Positions 27,594 to 32,857 of a stretch of DNA of 32,857 bases are shown here, one piece after another. Under the pieces are notes generated by a model. It searched no databases, had not been told where the DNA came from, and was given only the letters and a program-made list of their open reading frames with translations. Numbering within the stretch: the stretch's first letter is position 1; each line of letters starts with the position of its first letter. The stretch is from an uncultured Chloroflexota bacterium. GTDB lineage: Bacteria > Chloroflexota > UBA11872 > VXNJ01. Where the stretch lies: the NCBI GenBank assembly GCA_964631365.1, contig CAZVZW010000001.1, forward strand, positions 1 to 32,857. Reading direction: 5' to 3'. A program made the position numbers and the translations under genes.

Positions 27594-28010
27594 ATGGTTC
27601 AAGACACTTCAAAGGCGCAAGAGCCGAAGATTATCGAAGTGTTGGCGCCCAGCGTCGAGGCTGCGTCGAGGCCGGCGCCCGCGCGATGGGCGTGTCCTCC
27701 GACCGGGTTGGGCACGAAGTGTTGGAGGCGCTGTTGGAGGCCCGGGTGCTTTCGCAGATGTCCGACGACGGAGCGACCCCCGATCTTGAAGAGGTTGAGG
27801 AGGCCGAAGCCGCGGCCGCCGCCGAGGCGGGCGAAGATGGCGATGAGGGCGAAGAAGGAGAGGCCGCCCGCGCGCCGCGCTTGGTGGTAAGCGGCGAGAT
27901 CTACGAAGGAACCGTGGTCGGAATCGGATGGTTGGCGCTGGTCGTGGATCGCCGGATTGATCACTGTACGCTGCGCGAATCCGAGGGGCGAATCCAGGTC
28001 TTCCCCTTCA
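27594..28010 (+). pseudogene. Frameshifted remnant: Jag_N-like N-terminal domain + acidic linker + DUF342/FapA-like C-terminus
   Basis: Joining frames at about 27665 gives IEVLAPSVEAAVEAGARAMGVSSDRVGHEVLEA (Jag_N-like); later LVVSGEIYEGTVVGIG...EGRIQVFPF resembles the FapA/DUF342 C-terminus. The second frame stays open to 28141. Confidence 0.55.
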
Positions 28011-28178
28011 TAGAATTGCGAATGTCGGCCTCGGTCCGATCCTGGGTGCCTGGTTCCATTTGGGAGCCATCTTTCTACCCTTCCGCTAGCGGCGGTGATA
28101 CCCTATGCCGCGTCCGCAACGATCCACCGGGAGGTCGGTAGGCTGGATCGGGTGGACGACTCCGTGTGAAGGGCGCAA

Positions 28179-29333
28179 TTGGTCAGATCTAGGCGTTTCC
28201 GCAGGCCCCGTCGAGAGCCCTCCGAGTTTGTTGGCATCGCCGCTGCGTTTGGCGTCCTCGTCATCGCCGTCTTTTTGGCTGCCGCGGTCTGGTCTCTTTC
28301 TCCCGAAGAAGAGATCGGCGCGCTTCAGGGCGAAATGGCTGAGGCGTCGCTGATCCAACCGGAGATCGCGACGCCCGAAGTCGTCAGCCCGGACCTTCGT
28401 CAGCGCGTGGGCGACCTGGTCCGCCCGGTGGTCGAACTGCCCGGCAAGATCGCGAGCCCGTTGGAACTGGTGCCCGACTGGCCGATGGATCACCCGGTGA
28501 CCATCCTGCTGCTCGGAACCGATCAGCGCCCGGATGATCCCTTCGCCAAGACCGACACCATGCTGGTGGTTCGCATCGACCCGCAGTCCGACTCGGTAGT
28601 CGTTGTCGGGGTGCCCCGCGACATCTGCGTAGATCTTTGTAGAACCGAGCCTTACCGGATCAACAGCGTCCTGTTCTACGAGGGGCCCGACAGCCTGCGG
28701 CGCCGGGTCGGAGACCTGCTCGGAATCACGATCGACTATCACGTCATCATGAACTTTGACGGATTCGTGCGCCTGGTCGATTTCTTTGGCGGAGTCGACA
28801 TTGACGTACCGCGCGAAATCGTCGACTACAGCTACCCCAACGCGGCCGACGACGGCTTCGAGCCGTTCCTTCTGGCGGCGGGCCAGCAGCGCCTGGACGG
28901 CGAGACCGCCCTGCGTTATGTACGCACCCGCTGGGAGGATCCGGAAGGGGATTTCGGGCGTATCAACCGGCAGCAGGATTTCCTGGTTGCGATGAAGAGC
29001 CAGGTGCTCTCGCCAAAACTTATCCTGCAGGTGCCGGCGCTGATCGGCCAACTCACCGATACCTTCGAGACCGACCTGCCGTTAGGCGACATGCCCTCGC
29101 TGGCGAAGCTCGCCCTGGGCATCCCCCAGGGAGCGATCATCTCCGTCAACATCGACTACAACGACAATCGCGTCTACCCGATTGAGGCCGAAAACGGCGC
29201 CAAGGTGCTAATGGCGAACGGGTCGCTAATCCGGGCCTACGTGCGGGAAGTGATCGCAGAGGCGGCCGCGGCCGGGGGCGAGCGTCTGCAATTTGCGGTG
29301 GAGCCCGTCGAACCTCAACAGCTTGAGCCCTAG
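28179..29333 (+). CDS. LCP (LytR-CpsA-Psr) family cell-envelope phosphotransferase
   Basis: N-terminal TM; ILLLGTDQR, TDTMLVV, VPRD, RIN, VDFFGGVDIDV, LDGETALRYVRTR, GDFGRINRQQ. Confidence 0.93.
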   Translation: MVRSRRFRRPRREPSEFVGIAAAFGVLVIAVFLAAAVWSLSPEEEIGALQGEMAEASLIQPEIATPEVVSPDLRQRVGDLVRPVVELPGKIASPLELVPDWPMDHPVTILLLGTDQRPDDPFAKTDTMLVVRIDPQSDSVVVVGVPRDICVDLCRTEPYRINSVLFYEGPDSLRRRVGDLLGITIDYHVIMNFDGFVRLVDFFGGVDIDVPREIVDYSYPNAADDGFEPFLLAAGQQRLDGETALRYVRTRWEDPEGDFGRINRQQDFLVAMKSQVLSPKLILQVPALIGQLTDTFETDLPLGDMPSLAKLALGIPQGAIISVNIDYNDNRVYPIEAENGAKVLMANGSLIRAYVREVIAEAAAAGGERLQFAVEPVEPQQLEP

Positions 29334-30063
29334 CCGGGCCGCAGCCCTTGACGGCGGTCTCCGGGTCGTCAGCTTCAACCTTCATGCCGGCCGGGATGCA
29401 ACCGGCGCACCCGCTTTCGAACGCCAGTTGGACCTGCTTCGAGAGCTCTCGCCGGATCTGTTGGCGATCCAGGAGGCCGATCGCAACTGGCCGCGCTCGG
29501 GCGGAGTCGATCACTGCCGTGAACTGGCCGCCGCGCTGGATATGCATGCGTTCTTCTCACCGAATCTCCAGGGCGATTGGGCACCCGGGCGGGTCGCGCA
29601 CCAGTTCGGCATCGCGCTCCTGTGGAAGGGTGTCGCCGAACCCATCGTCGGGCTCGGTCTGCCCGCCGTCCCCGGCCGCGAGCATCGCGGTCTGGCCTGT
29701 CTGGAGCTGCAAATCGACGGCCGATACCTGGTGTTTGCCACCACTCATCTCGGGCGCTCGGCGCCGGAACGGCTCGCCCAAGCACGGTTTGTGGCCGACT
29801 GGCTTACCGCGATCGATTGTCCGGTGATCCTAGCCGGTGACTTCAACATGATTCCGGAGTCGCCCGAATACCGAATCCTGGCTTCGTGCGCGACCGATGT
29901 CACTGCCGGGCTGGACCTGGTCACATTTCCCGGGGACGTACCCGATCCGCAGCGCGACTACGTGTTCACGACCGGTGGCGTGGCCGTCGGCACGGTGCAG
30001 GCGGTCAAATGGGACACCTCCGATCACCGACCGGTCGTCGTCGAAGTACTCGCCGCGGATTGA
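29293..30063 (+). CDS. Endonuclease/exonuclease/phosphatase (EEP) family protein
   Basis: VVSFNLHAG, DLLAIQEAD, TTHL, ILAGDFN, DYVF, SDHRPV; start probably TTG 29323, overlapping the LCP gene end. Confidence 0.9.
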   Translation: MRWSPSNLNSLSPSRAAALDGGLRVVSFNLHAGRDATGAPAFERQLDLLRELSPDLLAIQEADRNWPRSGGVDHCRELAAALDMHAFFSPNLQGDWAPGRVAHQFGIALLWKGVAEPIVGLGLPAVPGREHRGLACLELQIDGRYLVFATTHLGRSAPERLAQARFVADWLTAIDCPVILAGDFNMIPESPEYRILASCATDVTAGLDLVTFPGDVPDPQRDYVFTTGGVAVGTVQAVKWDTSDHRPVVVEVLAAD

Positions 30064-30118
30064 TCGGGACCGGCCGTAAAGTCCACAATGGCGCCAGCCA
30101 TTCAACCCGCGGGGGCGC

Positions 30119-30919
30119 ATGAAACCGGATCCCGACAGGCCGACCGAAATAGTTTCCATTGGCACCGAGGTCGTCCTCGGCCGCATCCAGGACACCAACG
30201 CTTCCTGGCTGGCTGGGCGCCTGGCCCATGCCGGAGCCAACGTGCGCCGCATCACTGGGGTGCCCGACAATCCCGACGAAGTCCGCGCCGTGCTCGCCGA
30301 CGCGGTGGCCCGCGGGACCGGTCTGATCGTCTCGACCGGCGGGCTCGGCCCGACCCCGGATGACATGACGGTCGCCACGATATCCGCGGTCGCCGGTTGC
30401 GGCGTAGCCCGGGATCCCGAAGCGGTCGCCGACTACCGGCAACGTCGCGACATTCCCGGCGACGAGGAGTTGCCCCCCAATCTGGACAAGATGGCCACGG
30501 TTCCCGAGACCGCCGCCGTGTTTATCAACCCAGTGGGCTGGGCGCCGGGGTTTATGGTGGCGTTGGGCGACACCGTGATGTTCGCGATTCCCGGTCCGCC
30601 GCGCGAGATGAAGGGCGTTTACGAGGCCCACCTCGGCCCCTTGGCCGATAGCTGGTACGCCGGACGCACGGTGGCCCAGCGACTGCGCGTGGAGATGTTC
30701 GAATCGCAGGTGTCGCCGCTCCTCGAAGAGGCGATGAACCGCTATCCCAACGCCTATCTCAAGGCCTACGTCGCCCTGGGAGACGGCGCCGGGCTACCGA
30801 TCGATGTCGTGGTCCGGCGGTCCGACGGCGTGCCGCCCGCCGAGGAACTACAGGATGTCATCCGGTTCTTCGGCGACCTGGTGCGGCTGCACGGCAAGGA
30901 AATCGAGTTCATTGACTAG
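30119..30919 (+). CDS. CinA-like protein (MoCF-binding / COG1058 pyrophosphatase domain) without PncC domain
   Basis: EIVSIGTEVVLGRIQDTNASWLA, STGGLGPTPDDMT, NPVGWAPG, PGPPREM; 266 aa with no TAES..GG deamidase motif. Confidence 0.88.
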   Translation: MKPDPDRPTEIVSIGTEVVLGRIQDTNASWLAGRLAHAGANVRRITGVPDNPDEVRAVLADAVARGTGLIVSTGGLGPTPDDMTVATISAVAGCGVARDPEAVADYRQRRDIPGDEELPPNLDKMATVPETAAVFINPVGWAPGFMVALGDTVMFAIPGPPREMKGVYEAHLGPLADSWYAGRTVAQRLRVEMFESQVSPLLEEAMNRYPNAYLKAYVALGDGAGLPIDVVVRRSDGVPPAEELQDVIRFFGDLVRLHGKEIEFID

Positions 30920-30934
30920 TCTCGCCAATCGCGA

Positions 30935-31531
30935 CTAGATGCCGCGGGCCGACCCGGAGATGATCATCTCGCCCTCGGAAATCAGCAGCGTCTCGATGTC
31001 GATCGGCGGCCGCGGCACCCCGGCATCAAGGGCGCGCGCGATCAGTCCCACCAGCCCCGCCCGAACGGGTCCGGGGGTGAACAACTGCCCGGTCTGCAGG
31101 CGCCGCACTTCCAGCTGCAACTCGGCCGACTCGATGCTGACGACGATGTCGGCCCGATAGCGAAACTCGACCCCCGCCGCCTTGGCCTTGCCAACCAGCA
31201 CCATCTCACCGTCGCGTAGCGTCGCGTGCGAATCGAAGAAGGTTATGCCGAGGATCCCGGGCGACGACCACTCGGCCAGCTTCGAAGTCAATTCAAGCTC
31301 CGAAACCACTAGTTGCACGGGCTCCGGCTGACCGGTCTGCTTGCTTTGCCTAACCAGTTCGTCCACCGCGTCGAGACGATTGTTGAACCGCGCCAGTACC
31401 AGTTCGTCAGGTTCCAAGAGATCCAGATCGGAAATATCGACGCCGGGACGCGAGGCGAAAAAACCAAAGATCGCCAGCACCGCCGCCACCAGCAGCAGGA
31501 AATAGAGCGACAGGCGCAAACCGCAGGTCAA
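30935..31531 (-). CDS. Hypothetical membrane-anchored protein
   Basis: N-terminal TM followed by an amphipathic alpha/beta soluble region; fills the gap between flanking genes; start uncertain. Confidence 0.65.
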   Translation of the reverse strand: MTCGLRLSLYFLLLVAAVLAIFGFFASRPGVDISDLDLLEPDELVLARFNNRLDAVDELVRQSKQTGQPEPVQLVVSELELTSKLAEWSSPGILGITFFDSHATLRDGEMVLVGKAKAAGVEFRYRADIVVSIESAELQLEVRRLQTGQLFTPGPVRAGLVGLIARALDAGVPRPPIDIETLLISEGEMIISGSARGI

Positions 31532-31770
31532 TGGGCGCTCAAGCAGTTAGGTCCGCTGGCGGTCTCACCGGGGCGTCGTGGCACGCTGCGACCCTTCCGG
31601 AGGGACGATGTTGCGCGGCGCGGTTTCGCAGAACGAAGTGGCCTTGATAATCTCCACTGTGAATCAGCATTGTGGAGAATGGTAATGGCAACCACGTATA
31701 GCGGCATCCCGAAGCGAGCGGCGAGCTCGCCGACGACCGCGAACATAGCGCAGAACGAGAGGCTCCCTTC

Positions 31771-32529
31771 GTGACATTCTTTGAGCCGTTCGTACATCTG
31801 TGGCGGTCGCTGGGCAGGTTCTACTACGAGGTCTTCTCGATCGTAGCGCGCGCGAACTGGCCCTGGACGCTGGCCATGGTTCCCTGGGTTTTCGTTTTGG
31901 CGTGGACCGGCGTCTGGTTTCTCGAGGATGCATTTCGCGAGAGCCTTGGTCAGGGACGTGTGATTCCGGAAGTTCTAGTCTTCCTGCCAATCTTCAGCGC
32001 GATCGCCATGCTGCTGGCGGGGCCGGCTACCGCCGCGCTGTACAACAGCATGATCGCCCGGGAAGAGCTCGAACCGGTCACCCTGGGCCTTTTCGCACGC
32101 GGCTTCAAACAGTATTTCTTCCGCGCCTGGCGGCTGACCGTCGTTGATCTGTTCATCCTCTACGCGCTGTTGTTGGCATTTGTGTTCTACCGATCACAGG
32201 AAGACTCGCCGGTGCAGGTCCTGGCCATAGTGGCGGTCTGGCCGACGTTCTTCTGGCTCATGATTCAGCCGTATCTGTTCCCGTTGCTGCTGCGCACCGA
32301 AACCGGGCTGTATCACGTCTTCCGCAATGCGTCGGTGCTGGCGTTGGGGAACCTCGGCAACACCCTGGGGCTTCTGATCATCACGCTGCTCTCGATAGTC
32401 GTGGTCATTCCGCTGAACATCATCGCTGTGACGGTGGGCCCGGCGGTCTACGCGATGACCGGCCTGCGGGCGGTTGACCATCTGCTGGAACGATTCGAGC
32501 TCGCCGACGAGGGCGCGCCCGGAAACTGA
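31771..32529 (+). CDS. Integral membrane protein, DUF624/YesL-like
   Basis: ANWPW, AGPATAALY, FARGFKQYF, YLFPLL, FRNASVLALGN; about 6 TM; lies directly before an ABC ATPase. Confidence 0.75.
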   Translation: MTFFEPFVHLWRSLGRFYYEVFSIVARANWPWTLAMVPWVFVLAWTGVWFLEDAFRESLGQGRVIPEVLVFLPIFSAIAMLLAGPATAALYNSMIAREELEPVTLGLFARGFKQYFFRAWRLTVVDLFILYALLLAFVFYRSQEDSPVQVLAIVAVWPTFFWLMIQPYLFPLLLRTETGLYHVFRNASVLALGNLGNTLGLLIITLLSIVVVIPLNIIAVTVGPAVYAMTGLRAVDHLLERFELADEGAPGN

Positions 32530-32553
32530 TCGCACAGTGAGGGTCACCCCGGC

Positions 32554-32857
32554 ATGGTCGCCATCAACATCGAAAACATCGACGTCTACTTCCGGCCGGA
32601 CAAGGAGCGCCGCCCGGCCATCGACGCCCCTTCGCGCACCGATCGAGTGGTGGACGAGGAGGGGCAGCGCCCGGAGATCGACGGCGGGCTGGTAAGAGCG
32701 CTCGACCGGGTGGATCTCAGGGTTCGCGATGGCGAGACCCTGGCGGTCCTAGGGCCGTCGGGCTGCGGGAAGTCCAGCCTGCTGCGGGCCGTGGCCGGCC
32801 TAGCCAACCCGCGCGCCGGCCGCATCTATTTCGACGGCGTCGAGGTCACTGAGGATT
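32554..32857 (+). CDS. ABC transporter ATP-binding protein (MalK-like), 3' end outside window
   Basis: [13 protein letters not shown]...[35 protein letters not shown]...GRIYFDG (Walker A). Not in the ORF track. Confidence 0.9.
   Translation, partial: MVAINIENIDVYFRPDKERRPAIDAPSRTDRVVDEEGQRPEIDGGLVRALDRVDLRVRDGETLAVLGPSGCGKSSLLRAVAGLANPRAGRIYFDGVEVTED

Noticed and set aside
31528-31797. 89-aa minus-strand ORF
   Set aside because: It spans the divergent promoter region, overlaps the DUF624 start and has no recognisable features.
1-32857. Many long overlapping or antisense ORFs in the track (e.g. 3152-4156, 6390-7691, 11540-12679, 26649-27890, 28086-29051)
   Set aside because: Shadow ORFs expected in high-GC DNA. 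They overlap well-supported genes and lack motifs, except for the LuxR and Jag_N fragments reported separately.
1-32857. CRISPR array, transposase, phage or defence genes
   Set aside because: No regularly spaced repeats or recognisable hallmark proteins were seen by eye.

Overview
High-GC bacterial chromosomal window with about 28 intact or edge-truncated CDSs, one tRNA-Pro(TGG) and several decayed genes. The mix of Tat-lipoprotein solute-binding protein, Pro/Thr-linker surface proteins, class I XylA, sulfatases, VanW/LCP and a ParB-N/DUF4032 protein suggests Chloroflexota (inference only). Contents are mostly metabolic or housekeeping: plsY, trkH/ktrB, enolase-superfamily dehydratase, acs, xylA, an EF-G paralog, proB-proA-HD, M20 hydrolase, sulfatase, MFS, pdxA, rbsK, LCP-EEP-CinA and the start of an ABC cluster. 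I saw no mobile element, CRISPR array or prophage, and no clearly novel multi-gene system. The most notable signals are missed by the ORF track: three frameshifted and truncated gene remnants (LuxR-type regulator, SMP-30 lactonase, and a Jag_N + DUF342/FapA-like gene with its middle missing), a probable fourth frameshift in a lamin-tail-domain gene, and an EF-G paralog with degenerate GTPase motifs. All family calls come from motif recognition by eye, not database searches.
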